Below are positions 8,778 to 19,201 of a DNA stretch of 64,000 nt, piece by piece. The stretch lies in contig CAWDVE010000010.1 of NCBI GenBank assembly GCA_963805625.1, positions 704,001 to 768,000 on the forward strand. The letters run 5' to 3'. Made by a program: the position numbers and the translations under genes. The DNA is from an uncultured Candidatus Rokubacteria bacterium. GTDB taxonomy: Bacteria; Methylomirabilota; Methylomirabilia; Rokubacteriales; DASRDR01. How positions within the stretch are numbered: the first letter of the stretch is position 1; the number at the start of each line of letters is the position of its first letter. The notes below the pieces were generated by a model that was given only the letters and a program-made list of their open reading frames with translations, searched no databases and had not been told where the DNA came from.

Positions 8778-9707
8778 GTGGCCCAGACGGAACGCGAGCT
8801 CCACGAGCACGAAGCCTACGCGCTCCTCTTCCTGACCAGCCTCATCTGGGCCGGGAACTTCATCGCTGGCAAGATCGCGCTCGAGGTCCTCGGCCCGATC
8901 ACGCTGACGGCCCTCCGGACCGTCCTCGCCCTGGGCGTCCTGCTCTGGTACGTCCGCTTTACCTATCAGACGTGGCCGAGCGTGGGGACAGGCGACTTCC
9001 GCATCTTCCTGACGTTAGCCCTCACGGGCCTCGTCACCAACACGACACTCTGGTATTACGGCCTCCACCGGACGTTGGCCATCAATGCTGCGATCCTCGG
9101 CGCGATGGGGCCGGTATTCGTCGCCCTGCTCTCGGCGACCTGGCTCCGCGAGCGGCTCTCTCGTCTGAACGTCCTGGGAATCCTGGTTTCCTCGGCGGGC
9201 GTCGTCCTGACGGTGACGCGGGGGTCACTCCGGGCCCTCTTGGACCTCGATCTCCACCCGGGCGACTTCTTCATCCTGGCCGGCCAGACCATCTGGGCGT
9301 TCTACTCCGTCTACGCACGCCAGGTGTCCCGCCGGTACCCCCCGACCGTCATTACGGCAGGCACCTACATCGTCTCGGCCGGCTTCCTGGTCCCGCTCTC
9401 GCTGATCGAACGTCCCTGGACGGCGATCCCCCACATGACGCTCGGCACGGTGCTGGCCGTCCTCTACGCGGCGACGCTGGTCACCGTCTCGCACATCTGG
9501 TTCTACTGGGGGATCCGCGTTGTCTCCGCGGCGGTGGCGTCTCTCACGGTGAACCTCATCCCGTTCGAGGTGCTGGCCGTGTCGTGGCTCCTCCTGGGCG
9601 AGGCCGTGACCTGGGCCCACGTGGTCGGCGCCCTGGTTGTCATCGCCGGCGTCGCCCTGGCCACCCGCCGCGGGGATCCCTCCCCGGAGCCGACAGACCG
9701 GCGTTAG
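8778..9707 (+). CDS. DMT/EamA family transporter
   Basis: LIWAGNFIAGK, about 10 hydrophobic helices, duplicated EamA pattern, LLLGE. Confidence 0.9.
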   Translation: MAQTERELHEHEAYALLFLTSLIWAGNFIAGKIALEVLGPITLTALRTVLALGVLLWYVRFTYQTWPSVGTGDFRIFLTLALTGLVTNTTLWYYGLHRTLAINAAILGAMGPVFVALLSATWLRERLSRLNVLGILVSSAGVVLTVTRGSLRALLDLDLHPGDFFILAGQTIWAFYSVYARQVSRRYPPTVITAGTYIVSAGFLVPLSLIERPWTAIPHMTLGTVLAVLYAATLVTVSHIWFYWGIRVVSAAVASLTVNLIPFEVLAVSWLLLGEAVTWAHVVGALVVIAGVALATRRGDPSPEPTDRR

Positions 9708-11467
9708 GAGCGAGACTGGCGGGATCCCGGCGGCGCCGGGCGGACGAGCGCCTCGAGCGCCCGGCCGAGAGCCGCCCGACCGCGAAGCCGCCGCACGTAG
9801 GGTCCCTCGCCACGACCGCCCTTCGCGCGAATCATCCCGACGAGACGCGCCCGGCTCGCCACTGACCACCGGTCGAGGTCGGGCACCAGCGCGAGCACGA
9901 GAGCCCACTGGCGGAAGGCCCGGCGCTCGGCGTCCGTCCACCCGGCGAGCCGCCGCAGCCCGAGGGCCCGGGTCACCCGGCGTATCGCGTCGCGCGTGGC
10001 AGCCTCGCGGTCCCCACCATGACGCCGCGCGACGTCCCGCGTCACCAGCGCGGCCAGATCGCGTGCCCGCAGACGGCGCTCCGGCTCGGGGCTGCCGCCG
10101 GGCAGCGTGAGGCAAGTCTCCTCCCGCGCGAGGCGCCGGAGCATCGAGAGGGGCGAGCGGTACCGCCGGTCGCGAGCGATCTTCCCGAGCTCTTCCTCAA
10201 GGACGCGCCGGACCGCCTCGGTCCGCGGGCGGAACCCCAGGTGCTGGTAGAAGTAGAAGGCCCCGGACCGGAGCGCTTCGGGGTTGCCCTCCCCCAGCTG
10301 GTAGGGATCCACCACCACCGTGCGCATGCCGAAGACCTGGTGATACGCGCGGAGGGCCTGGCCGAGGATCCACGCGGACTCCCCCTGCCGGAAGGACTCG
10401 AAGACATTGAACCCGAACTCCAGCGTTTCGAAGAGGCACCACCCGCCGCCGTAGCTCACCGGCACGCCGTTCCGAATCGCGAGGAAAGCGTAGTAGCCCT
10501 CGAACGGCAGCCGGAATGCCGGCTCGAGCCCGATCAGCACCACGCGCAGCCCGCGCCCCGCCTCCCCCACCAGCACGTCCTCGACGTTTGGATACGAGAA
10601 GGCGTGGAGCTCCCGCGAGCGGGTGACCATGGCGACGCGCGCGGTCTCGATCAGCTCCTCGGCCACGGCCGGCGAGGCGCGGCGAAGCGACGGGAGCGGC
10701 CGCGTCGCCTCTCGGACGACGTCCACGCCGGCGCGCCGGAGCGGCGTCCGCTGGAAGACCGGGCGCTCCACCGGGCGCTTGGCCATGGTTCGCGAGACCC
10801 CCGGGGCCGCCAGGCGGATCCGCACCGGCAACCCGAGACTCTCGTACAGCCAGTCCCGCAGTCTCGGGTCGAGCGGTGCGCGATCGAAGGCCTCGACCAG
10901 CACCTGGAGATCGGTGAGCCGCCGCCCGGCTCGCGCCACCTCGAGCCATCGGCGCACCGTGAAGCCGCCCTCGCTGAAGGCGTCGCTCTCGGACGGGGTG
11001 ACCACGAGGTCCAGCGCGTCCGCGATTTTTTCCGCGTCCGGGATCCCCGCCCAGCCGATATCGGCATGAATGCCGAGCCGCGCCGCCAGCCAGCGGCTCA
11101 GCGGAAGGCCGTAGGGATACTCGAGGATCGAGCCGGCGATGCCGGAGTCCTGAAGGCGCGCCTCGCCTCGGGGCCCGAGCCTCCGGGTGCGCGCGGAAAA
11201 ATCGCGCAGGAGGCCGTCTACACGGCCGAGGATCTCACGGTCGTCCGGGTACGCCTGGAGAAAGCAGAGCGTCTCGTGGAGCCGGACGAGCGCGGCGGGC
11301 TCAGCGATGGGCGTGGCCGCGATTGCCGCGAGAAGCCGCCGCTTGGCGACCCGGACTTTCGGTGAGAACTGTGAGGCGACGACCGCCAGGGCCGCCACGA
11401 GCCCGGCGCCACCCGGTGCAGCCCCCGGTCCTCTCGCCGGCCTCCGGGAGTCGCCCGCGTGAGCCAT
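9704..11467 (-). CDS. Hypothetical protein (about 587 aa)
   Basis: Long ORF in line with glyA-nrdR; protein-like motifs NGVPVSYGGGW, PYQLGEGNPEALRSGAFYFYQHLGFRP; function not recognised. Confidence 0.75.
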   Translation of the reverse strand: MAHAGDSRRPARGPGAAPGGAGLVAALAVVASQFSPKVRVAKRRLLAAIAATPIAEPAALVRLHETLCFLQAYPDDREILGRVDGLLRDFSARTRRLGPRGEARLQDSGIAGSILEYPYGLPLSRWLAARLGIHADIGWAGIPDAEKIADALDLVVTPSESDAFSEGGFTVRRWLEVARAGRRLTDLQVLVEAFDRAPLDPRLRDWLYESLGLPVRIRLAAPGVSRTMAKRPVERPVFQRTPLRRAGVDVVREATRPLPSLRRASPAVAEELIETARVAMVTRSRELHAFSYPNVEDVLVGEAGRGLRVVLIGLEPAFRLPFEGYYAFLAIRNGVPVSYGGGWCLFETLEFGFNVFESFRQGESAWILGQALRAYHQVFGMRTVVVDPYQLGEGNPEALRSGAFYFYQHLGFRPRTEAVRRVLEEELGKIARDRRYRSPLSMLRRLAREETCLTLPGGSPEPERRLRARDLAALVTRDVARRHGGDREAATRDAIRRVTRALGLRRLAGWTDAERRAFRQWALVLALVPDLDRWSVASRARLVGMIRAKGGRGEGPYVRRLRGRAALGRALEALVRPAPPGSRQSRS

Positions 11468-11498
11468 CACCCGAGTCGGAAGCCTCCGGAGCCGCGCC

Positions 11499-11996
11499 CT
11501 ACGCGCGGGCCTTCCGACGCTTGACCTTCTCGGGTTCCTTCGGCTCCTTCTTGATGAGCCCCTTCACCTCGTCCATGAACTGGGTCACGTCGTTGAACTG
11601 GCGGTAGACGGAGGCGAAGCGGACATAGGCGACCTGGTCGAGTCGCTGGAGGCGCGCCATCACGAGCTCCCCCAGCTCCCGGCTCGATACTTCCTTCTCA
11701 GCCCGCTCGTGAAGCTTGCCCTCGATGTCGCTCACCACGTCGTCGACCGCCTGCACCCCGACCGAGCGCTTCTCGCAGGCCTTCAGGACCGAGTTTCTCA
11801 GCTTGGCGCGGTCGAAGGGCTCCCGCCGCCCGTCACGTTTCACGACCATCGGCAGGATGTCTTCGATGTACTCGTACGTCGTGTAGCGCCGGTTGCACTT
11901 CAGGCACTCGCGGCGGCGGCGGATGAACTCCCCTTCTCGGCCGACCCGGGAGTCGACGACGCGATCCTCCGTGTGGCCGCAGAACGGACACTTCAC
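11499..11996 (-). CDS. nrdR: Transcriptional repressor NrdR
   Basis: [27 protein letters not shown] cone, [11 protein letters not shown]; GTGA overlap with glyA. Confidence 0.97.
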   Translation of the reverse strand: MKCPFCGHTEDRVVDSRVGREGEFIRRRRECLKCNRRYTTYEYIEDILPMVVKRDGRREPFDRAKLRNSVLKACEKRSVGVQAVDDVVSDIEGKLHERAEKEVSSRELGELVMARLQRLDQVAYVRFASVYRQFNDVTQFMDEVKGLIKKEPKEPEKVKRRKARA

Positions 11997-13246
11997 GCGA
12001 GACGCTCCAGGTAGAGCGGAAAGCGACCCGCGAGGGACGCCACATCCACCCGTACCGAGGCCTCGGCCTTCTGGTCGCCGCGCGCCCTGAGGACGCGGTC
12101 GATCAGACCCGCGATGGCGTCCATCTCGGGCTCCTTCATGCCCCGCGTGGTGACCGCCGGCGTGCCGACACGGATCCCGCTCGTGACCATGGGGCTCCGC
12201 GTCTCGAACGGGATCGTGTTCTTGTTCACGGTGATCCAGGCGCGGTCGAGCGCCTCCTGGGCCTCCTTGCCGGTGAGCCCCGTCGCGGTGAGGTCGACCA
12301 GCATGAGGTGGGTGTCCGTCCCGCCCGTCACCAGGCGATGACCGCGCCGCATGAGCGCGTCGGCCAGCGCCCGGGCGTTGGCGGTGATCTGCCGCTGGTA
12401 CGCCCGCCAGTCGGGCGTCAACGCCTCGCGGAGGCCGACGGCCTTCGCGGCAATCACGTGCATGAGCGGCCCGCCCTGCATGCCGGGCATCACGACCTTG
12501 TCGAGGGCCTGCGCATGGGCAGCCCGGCACATGATCATTCCACCCCGGGGTCCCCGGAGCGTCTTGTGGGTGGTCGTGGTGACGAAGTCGGCGTGGGGAA
12601 TCGGCGTCGGGTGGAGCCCTGCCGCGACCAGCCCCGCCGGGTGCGCGATGTCCGCCATCAGGAGGCACCCGAACTCGTCGGCGATCTCGCGGAACGGCTT
12701 GAAGTCGATGGCCCTCGGGAAGGCCGAGCCGCCGGCGACGAGGAGCTTCGGACGATGCTCGCGGCAGAGGTCGCGCACCTGCTCGAGATCGATCCGCTCG
12801 TCCTCACGACGGACGCCGTACGGCACGATCCGGTAGAGCTTGCCGGAAAAGTTCACCGGGCTACCCATGGTCAGATGACCGCCGTGCGCGAGATTCGGTG
12901 CGACAATCGTGTCGCCGGGCGACAGCACGGTGAAATAGACCGCCATGTTGGCCTGGGACCCCGAGTGCGGCTGGACGTTCACGTGCTCCGCGCCGAACAG
13001 CTGCTTGGCGCGCTGGATGGCCAGCTCTTCCACCGTGTCCACGTTCTCGCACCCGCCGTAGTACCGGCGGCCCGGATAGCCCTCGGCGTATTTGTTCGTC
13101 ATGACGGAGCCGACGGCCTCGAGCACCGCCTCGGAGACGAAGTTCTCGGAGGCGATCAACTCGAGGTTCCGCGACTGGCGCTCCGTCTCGAGCCGGATCG
13201 CCTTGGCAACCTCGGGATCGGCCTGCTCGAGCCATCGCATGGGCAT
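11993..13246 (-). CDS. glyA: Serine hydroxymethyltransferase
   Basis: [40 protein letters not shown]. Confidence 0.98.
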   Translation of the reverse strand: MPMRWLEQADPEVAKAIRLETERQSRNLELIASENFVSEAVLEAVGSVMTNKYAEGYPGRRYYGGCENVDTVEELAIQRAKQLFGAEHVNVQPHSGSQANMAVYFTVLSPGDTIVAPNLAHGGHLTMGSPVNFSGKLYRIVPYGVRREDERIDLEQVRDLCREHRPKLLVAGGSAFPRAIDFKPFREIADEFGCLLMADIAHPAGLVAAGLHPTPIPHADFVTTTTHKTLRGPRGGMIMCRAAHAQALDKVVMPGMQGGPLMHVIAAKAVGLREALTPDWRAYQRQITANARALADALMRRGHRLVTGGTDTHLMLVDLTATGLTGKEAQEALDRAWITVNKNTIPFETRSPMVTSGIRVGTPAVTTRGMKEPEMDAIAGLIDRVLRARGDQKAEASVRVDVASLAGRFPLYLERLA

Positions 13247-13279
13247 TCTTCTCCTCTGGCGGGGTCGCTGATCGCCCCC

Positions 13280-13308
13280 ACCCTACTGGGCGGTCTCGGG
13301 AGTGTCAA
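13280..13308 (-). promoter_or_regulatory. Sigma70 promoter of glyA-nrdR
   Basis: Minus strand TTGACA (13308-13303), 17 bp, TAGGGT. Confidence 0.5.
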
Positions 13309-13357
13309 GGCGCGCCCAGTCACGCGACTATACAGTCACGCCGCTATAATAGACGAC

Positions 13358-13669
13358 GTGTCGCGCCTGGTTCGTGTCGCGTCGGTCGGAGAGATCCCGG
13401 TCGGCCGGGGCAAGTCTCTGGAGGTCGACGGCGTTCCGCTCGCCGTTTTCAACACCGGTGGCGGCTACTACCAGGTCCTGTCGGGCTCGTGCCCTCACGA
13501 GGGTGGCCCCCTGGGCAACGGGGTCCTCCTCGGAAACAGCGTCGTGTGCCCCTGGCACGGCTTCGACTTCGATGTTCGCACCGGCGCCTGCAACGTCACG
13601 CCCGATCTGTCCGTGACAGTGTACCCGGTATGCGTCGCGGGCTCCGACGTCCTCGTCGAGCTACCCTGA
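13358..13669 (+). CDS. Rieske [2Fe-2S] ferredoxin
   Basis: CPHEGGPL...VVCPWHGFDFD; GTG lies 7 nt after TATAAT. Confidence 0.92.
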   Translation: MSRLVRVASVGEIPVGRGKSLEVDGVPLAVFNTGGGYYQVLSGSCPHEGGPLGNGVLLGNSVVCPWHGFDFDVRTGACNVTPDLSVTVYPVCVAGSDVLVELP

Positions 13670-13677
13670 GCCGACCG

Positions 13678-14928
13678 GTGCGCCGCCGTCTCTTGCCCAT
13701 CGGCATTACGCTCGCGATCCTCGCCGCCGCCGCCTACGGCACCTGGGTCTGGCTCGCCGGGCGCCACCAGGTATCCACCGAGGATGCGTACGTCGAGGGC
13801 GCGGTGGTGGTGATCAGCGCGCGCGTCCCCGGTCCGGTGGGGAGGGTGCACGTGCGTGACAACGAGAACGTGCAGGCGGGCCAGCTCCTCGTCGAGATTG
13901 ATCCCCGTGACTCTCAGATCCGCGTCGAGCAGGCACGGGCCGCCGTCGCCATGGCAACGGCCGAGGCGCGGGGTGCCCGCTCCGAGGTCCCTCTGGCTCG
14001 CGAGAGCACCGAGAGTCGTCTCCAGCAGGCTCGGGCGACCCTCGCCGCGGCCCGGGTTGCCGTGGACGTCGGCCGCGCCGAGGAGGAGGAGGCCCGGGCG
14101 CGCGTACACAGCCGCCGGGCGGCCGCCGCGGCCGCCCAGGCCGACGTCGCCCTCGCCGAATCCACGGCCGACCGGACGAAACTCGACCTGGACCGTTCCA
14201 GCCGGCTGGCGATCGGGGGCCTCATCGCCCAGCAGGAGCTCGATGCGATCCGAACCTCCCATCGCTCGGCGCTCGCCATGCTGGACGCCGCCCGCCGAAG
14301 ACTGGCCCAGGCGGAGCGCGACACGGAGGCGGCAGAGGTGGAGACGCGCCGGCGGGCGCTGTCCGTCCAGCAGGCCGAGCGCCGGGTCGACGAAGCCGAG
14401 GCCCTGGTGGCCGATGCGCAGTCCCAGCAGACCCAGGTCCCCGTCAAGGAGGCCGCAGCGGGCCGCGCGGGGGCGAGCATCGAGCAGGCGCAGGCGGAGC
14501 TGGCCGCCGCGGAGCTCCAGCTGGCCAAGACCCGGATCGTGGCCCCGGTCGCGGGAACGGTCTCGAAGAAGACCGTCGAGCCCGGTCAGATGGTCCAGGT
14601 CAGCCAGCCGCTCCTCGCCATCGTCTCGCTCGAGGGAGTCTGGGTCGTTGCGAACCTCAAGGAGACCCAGGTCGGCCGTGTCCGCTCCGGGCAGCCGGTG
14701 ACCATCCGAGTGGACACGTTTCCCGACCGCGTCTTCCGCGGCCGCGTGGACTCGATCAGCGCCGGGACCGGCGCTCGCTTCAGCCTGCTGCCCCCCGAGA
14801 ACGCCTCGGGCAACTGGGTGAAGGTAGTCCAGCGGGTGCCCGTCAAGATCCTGCTGGAGGATTACCATGCGAACCCGCATCTCTTGCGGGCCGGCATGTC
14901 CGCCCTGGTCACGATCGACGTCCGGTAG
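13678..14928 (+). CDS. emrA: EmrA/HlyD family efflux membrane-fusion protein
   Basis: STEDAYVEG, long coiled coil, FSLLPPENASGNWVKVVQRVPVKI. Confidence 0.9.
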   Translation: MRRRLLPIGITLAILAAAAYGTWVWLAGRHQVSTEDAYVEGAVVVISARVPGPVGRVHVRDNENVQAGQLLVEIDPRDSQIRVEQARAAVAMATAEARGARSEVPLARESTESRLQQARATLAAARVAVDVGRAEEEEARARVHSRRAAAAAAQADVALAESTADRTKLDLDRSSRLAIGGLIAQQELDAIRTSHRSALAMLDAARRRLAQAERDTEAAEVETRRRALSVQQAERRVDEAEALVADAQSQQTQVPVKEAAAGRAGASIEQAQAELAAAELQLAKTRIVAPVAGTVSKKTVEPGQMVQVSQPLLAIVSLEGVWVVANLKETQVGRVRSGQPVTIRVDTFPDRVFRGRVDSISAGTGARFSLLPPENASGNWVKVVQRVPVKILLEDYHANPHLLRAGMSALVTIDVR

Positions 14929-14955
14929 CCGCCCGACCCCGCGCCGGCGCGCGCC

Positions 14956-16530
14956 ATGACCGCCGAACGCCCCGGGCAGCGTTGGGGCATCACGATCGCC
15001 GTCATGCTGGTGGCGACGATGCAGATCCTCGACACGAGCGTGACCAACGTCGCCCTGCCCCACATGCAGGGCAGTCTGTCCGCCTCCCTGGACGAGATCA
15101 CCTGGGTCCTCACGTCGTTCATCGCGGCCAACGCGGTCATCCTGCCGGCGACGGGCTGGCTGGTCGCGCGTCTGGGTCGCCGCCGCTTCTTCCTGCTCGC
15201 GACCGCAACGTTCATGGTGAGCTCGCTCCTCTCCGGAGCGGCCCCCAGCCTCGAACTCCTGATCGGCGCCCGCCTGCTCCAGGGCCTGGGTGGGGGTCCC
15301 CTAATCCCACTCGCCCAGGCCATCCTGCTCGAGATCTTCCCGCCGCGTCAGCGCGGGACGGCCATGGCCATCTGGGGTCTCGGCATCATGGTCGCGCCCA
15401 TCGTGGGCCCGACCGTCGGCGGCTGGATCACGGAGAACTACTCGTGGCGCTGGATCTTCTACGTGAACCTGCCCTTCGGCGCCCTCGCGCTGGCTCTCGG
15501 GAGCGCCTTCCTGGAGGACCCGCCGAGATCGGCGCCCGACTCCGGAGCGTCCCGCCTCCGGTTCGACGGGGTCGGTCTCGCGCTCCTGGTGGCCGGCATC
15601 GGATCGCTCCAGATCGCCCTGGATCAGGGCGAGCGGCTCGACTGGTTCGACTCGTCCGCGATCACAACCCTGGTCATCGTGGCTGTCGTCGCGCTCACCG
15701 GCTTCGTACTGTGGGAGCTTCGCGTCCCGCACCCGCTCGTCGATCTGCGGGTCCTCGGGAACCGAACGTTCGCGCTGGGAACCTTCCTGATCACCGTCGT
15801 CGGCTTCGGGCTGTACTCGAGCTTCCTGCTCCTCACCTTCTACACGGAGCACCTTCTGCGATACGACGCGCTCACTGCCGGGTGGGTGCTGGCGCCGGGC
15901 GGAATGGGCTCGCTCATCTCGCTGGCGATCGGCGGCCGTCTGGTCGATCGCATCGATCCCCGGTGGCTCGTCTCCCTCGGAACGGGCATCATTGCCTACT
16001 CGCTCTTCCTCATGGGCACGCTGAGCCTCGGCGCCGACTTCTGGGCCGTCCTCTGGCCGCGCTTCGTCCAGGGGTTCGGCATGGGGCTCGTCTTCGTCCC
16101 GCTGACCACGATGGCGCTGACCGCCGTGTCCCCGGCCGAGCTGCCGACCGCGAGCGGGCTCTTCAACGTCGTGCGGAACGTCGGGGGAAGCGTCGGGATC
16201 GCGGTGACCACGACCTGGCTCTCCCGCCAGACGCAGGTGCACATGGCCACGCTGATCGGTCACGTCACGCCCTGGAGCGCCGCGACGGCGGATCGCCTCG
16301 CCCGCCTCCAGGACGTCTACCTCGCCGCCGGAGCCGACGCCGACACCGCCCGACGTCAGGCCCTCCGGCACCTCTATGAGGAGGTGCAGCGCCAGGCTTC
16401 GATGAACGCGTTCGCCGACGACTTCCTGCGTCTGGCGGCGCTCTTCGCCGTGATGGTCCCGCTCGTGTGGGTGATGCGCCGCCCGTCGGACGTGCCGCAG
16501 CCTCAGCCGGTCGAGGTCGAGGCCGTCTGA
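14956..16530 (+). CDS. emrB: EmrB/QacA DHA2 family MFS efflux permease
   Basis: MQILDTSVTNVALPHM, SWRWIFYVNLP, LDQGERLDWF. Confidence 0.92.
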   Translation: MTAERPGQRWGITIAVMLVATMQILDTSVTNVALPHMQGSLSASLDEITWVLTSFIAANAVILPATGWLVARLGRRRFFLLATATFMVSSLLSGAAPSLELLIGARLLQGLGGGPLIPLAQAILLEIFPPRQRGTAMAIWGLGIMVAPIVGPTVGGWITENYSWRWIFYVNLPFGALALALGSAFLEDPPRSAPDSGASRLRFDGVGLALLVAGIGSLQIALDQGERLDWFDSSAITTLVIVAVVALTGFVLWELRVPHPLVDLRVLGNRTFALGTFLITVVGFGLYSSFLLLTFYTEHLLRYDALTAGWVLAPGGMGSLISLAIGGRLVDRIDPRWLVSLGTGIIAYSLFLMGTLSLGADFWAVLWPRFVQGFGMGLVFVPLTTMALTAVSPAELPTASGLFNVVRNVGGSVGIAVTTTWLSRQTQVHMATLIGHVTPWSAATADRLARLQDVYLAAGADADTARRQALRHLYEEVQRQASMNAFADDFLRLAALFAVMVPLVWVMRRPSDVPQPQPVEVEAV

Positions 16531-16574
16531 GGATCGCCCGGGCCGCGGCCGCGAGGCAATTGGTTCACGCCCTC

Positions 16575-16868
16575 TTAGACCGGGCCCCGGCGGGTCAGGA
16601 TCGCCCAGGCGCCGTCACCCGTCGACGCGACCGCGAGGACGGCATGGCCGGCGCCCGTGAGGCTCCGCGGCACGTCGCGAGCCGACGCCTCGTTGTCGAC
16701 GACCACGCGCAGGACCGCGCCCGAGGCGAGCGACTCGAGCGCGAGACGCGCCTTCAGGAACGTGTAGGGACACACCTCACCTCGGAGGTCCAGCTCCTCG
16801 GCGGTGCCGCCGTCGGAAACGGACCCGGTCCCTATTCCTCGACCGGCAGGGCGGGCGTGCTCCCCCAT
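16575..16868 (-). CDS. TusA/SirA family sulfur carrier (start uncertain)
   Basis: LDLRGEVCPYTFLKARLALE motif; nearest ATG (16868) lies inside the upstream rhodanese gene. Confidence 0.8.
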   Translation of the reverse strand: MGEHARPAGRGIGTGSVSDGGTAEELDLRGEVCPYTFLKARLALESLASGAVLRVVVDNEASARDVPRSLTGAGHAVLAVASTGDGAWAILTRRGPV

Positions 16869-17752
16869 TCCATCCACGAGCCGTCGTAGTTCCGGACGCG
16901 CGCGCCGAGGAGCCGGAGCGCCAGGTAGTCCTGGGCAGCGCGCATCCCGCTCCCACAGTACACCGTCGTTGTACGGTCTGGCCGGAAGCCGGCCGCCTCG
17001 AAGACTGCCCGGAGCGTGTCCGGATCCTTGAACGTGCCGTCCGCGTTCATGGTGGATCTCCACTCGACGTTCGCCGCGCCCGGGATGTGGCCACCCCGCG
17101 CCGACCCCTGGTCCCGCGCGGTGAACTCGGCCGGGCTCCGCGCGTCGATCAGGCACGCGTCCGGCTTTCCGAGGCTCGCGCGGACCTCCGCGGCCGTCGC
17201 GACCAGGTCCCGGCGTGCGCGCGGCTCGAAGCGGCTCGGTGCAATCGTCGGAGCGGCGGACTCGAGCGGGCGGCCCTCGCGTCGCCACTTCCCCAGGCCG
17301 CCGTTCAGGACCCGGATCCGCTCGTGGCCGTAGTACTCGAGGACGAAGAAGAGTCGCGCGGCCAGCACGCTGCCTCCATCGTCGTAGGCCACGACCGTCG
17401 TGTCATGGTCGATGCCGAGCCGCCCGAACAAGGCCGCCGCCGCATCGGGACGGATCGGGAAGCCCTCCGCGTTGGCGGCTGGGTCGTCGAGCTCGCCCGC
17501 GTCGAGATGGACGGCTCCCGGCACGTGCCCGACGCGGTAGGCGGCCCCGCCCAACATTCCGCTCCGAACGTCTACGAAGCGCACGCCGGGCGCGCCGAGC
17601 ATCCGCGCCACCTCGTCCGTCTCGATCAGGAGTTGGGGATTCGCGTAGCGTCCGACACCGGCGCCAGGGACCGGAGCGCCGACGGCTCCGAGGACGGCGA
17701 GGACCGGGACTACGCAGAGAACAGCGTGGCGGGGCATCAGGACTCGCGGCAT
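16832..17752 (-). CDS. Tandem-domain rhodanese/thiosulfate sulfurtransferase with a predicted signal peptide
   Basis: YANPQLLIET, GHVPGA, GGHIPGA, active loop YCGSGMRA, YDGSWMEW; hydrophobic N-terminus; start uncertain (17737-17779). Confidence 0.9.
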   Translation of the reverse strand: MPRVLMPRHAVLCVVPVLAVLGAVGAPVPGAGVGRYANPQLLIETDEVARMLGAPGVRFVDVRSGMLGGAAYRVGHVPGAVHLDAGELDDPAANAEGFPIRPDAAAALFGRLGIDHDTTVVAYDDGGSVLAARLFFVLEYYGHERIRVLNGGLGKWRREGRPLESAAPTIAPSRFEPRARRDLVATAAEVRASLGKPDACLIDARSPAEFTARDQGSARGGHIPGAANVEWRSTMNADGTFKDPDTLRAVFEAAGFRPDRTTTVYCGSGMRAAQDYLALRLLGARVRNYDGSWMEWGSTPALPVEE

Positions 17753-17926
17753 TCCGGCCTCCAGGGCATCCGCTGGCACGCCAGCGAGACCTCGGTCATT
17801 CTAGCACCGCGCTCCGTCCCGCCGGCGCCGTGAGGCGCCGTGAGGCAGACTGGCAACACCACCCCCCGGCGACGTAAGATAGGTGGGTCGGTGCCGACCC
17901 TGAGCGCCACCAAAAGGAGATCCCGC

Positions 17927-19147
17927 GTGAGCACCCAGCATTGGCGACGAGGACTCGACCGCCCTATCCTGATGATCCCCGGCCCGACCGAGGTTCCCTG
18001 GCGCGTCATCCGCGCCATGGCGCAGCCGGCGATGATCCAGTACGAGCCGCCGTTCGACGACGAGATCCTCGAGCCGGCGTGCCTGGACCTCCGCCAGGTG
18101 TTCCAGACCTCGGGCGAGGTGATCGCCATGCCGGGATCCGGCCGCACCGGGCTCGAGGCCGCGGCGATTTCCCTCATCGAGCCGGGCGACCGCGTCGTCG
18201 TGGTCGTGGCGGGCGTCTTTGGCAGCCTGATGAAGGAGGTCATGGAGCGCGCGGGCGCGGCGGTGACGGCCTTCGACGTCGAACTGGGCCGGCCCATCGA
18301 CCTGGAGGGCCTGGAGCGGATCGTGGCGAAGGTCCGGCCGAAGATCGTGACCCTCGTCCACAACGAGACATCGACGGGCGTGACCTACCCCGCGGCCGCG
18401 GTCGGAGAGATCACGCGACGGCACGGGGCGCTCTTCCTGCTCGACACGGTGTCGTCCCTCGCCGGACTCGACGTCCAGACGGACGCGTGGGGCGTCGACG
18501 TCAACATGACGGGCTCCCAGAAGTGCCTGGCCCTGCCCCTCGGCCTCGCCATCGTCTCGGTGTCCCCGCGGGCGTTCGAGGCCATGGAGCGGCGAGCCCG
18601 CCCGTCGGCGAGCTATGCCAACGACCTGATTCGCTGGAAGCGCCAGTGGGTGCCGGCCTCCCGCGGCGGCGGAGTGCCTGAGGGTGGCCGCCGCAACCAG
18701 CCGGTGTCCATGCCAACCCACCTCACGCAAGCGCTCCGGGAAGGCGTGAGCCTCATCCTCGAGGAAGGCATGCCCAATCGAATCCGGCGCCATCGGATCG
18801 CCGGCAAGGCCTTCCGGGCAGGGCTCGCAGCCCTCAAGGTCGATCTCTTCGGCGACCCGTCGATTGCCTCCGACAGTGTCTCGGCCTTCCGCGTGCCGGC
18901 CGGGCTCGCGGCCACCGCCGTCGTGCGCCGGATGCGGGACGCCTACGGCATTCTGATCTCGACGGGGATCGAGAAGATGCGCGAGACCATGCTCCGTGTG
19001 GGCACGATGGGAATGACGGCCAGCCCGCTCTACGTCCTCCCGACCCTGTCGGCGCTCGGCATGTCACTCCGGGACTTGGGGTACCGGGCGGAGACGGGCG
19101 AAGCCCTGGGCGCGGCGCAGGCTGTCTTCGATGCCGAGACGCCCTGA
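17927..19147 (+). CDS. Class V PLP aminotransferase (alanine-glyoxylate/serine-pyruvate family)
   Basis: LMIPGPT, VHNETSTG, DTVSS, GSQKCL; AAGGAG SD before GTG 17927. Confidence 0.92.
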   Translation: MSTQHWRRGLDRPILMIPGPTEVPWRVIRAMAQPAMIQYEPPFDDEILEPACLDLRQVFQTSGEVIAMPGSGRTGLEAAAISLIEPGDRVVVVVAGVFGSLMKEVMERAGAAVTAFDVELGRPIDLEGLERIVAKVRPKIVTLVHNETSTGVTYPAAAVGEITRRHGALFLLDTVSSLAGLDVQTDAWGVDVNMTGSQKCLALPLGLAIVSVSPRAFEAMERRARPSASYANDLIRWKRQWVPASRGGGVPEGGRRNQPVSMPTHLTQALREGVSLILEEGMPNRIRRHRIAGKAFRAGLAALKVDLFGDPSIASDSVSAFRVPAGLAATAVVRRMRDAYGILISTGIEKMRETMLRVGTMGMTASPLYVLPTLSALGMSLRDLGYRAETGEALGAAQAVFDAETP

Positions 19148-19201
19148 CCCGGAGGTCGGGCGCACGTTCTCTTCTGCGTCAGGTGCGCGACCGGAGCTCG
19201 A

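Noticed and set aside
6203-9707. RiPP cluster made of the radical SAM enzyme, the Lys-rich peptide and the EamA exporter
   Set aside because: The peptide has no leader/core structure, there is no RRE or peptidase, the enzyme resembles the HpnP/DUF4070 group, and each gene has its own promoter.
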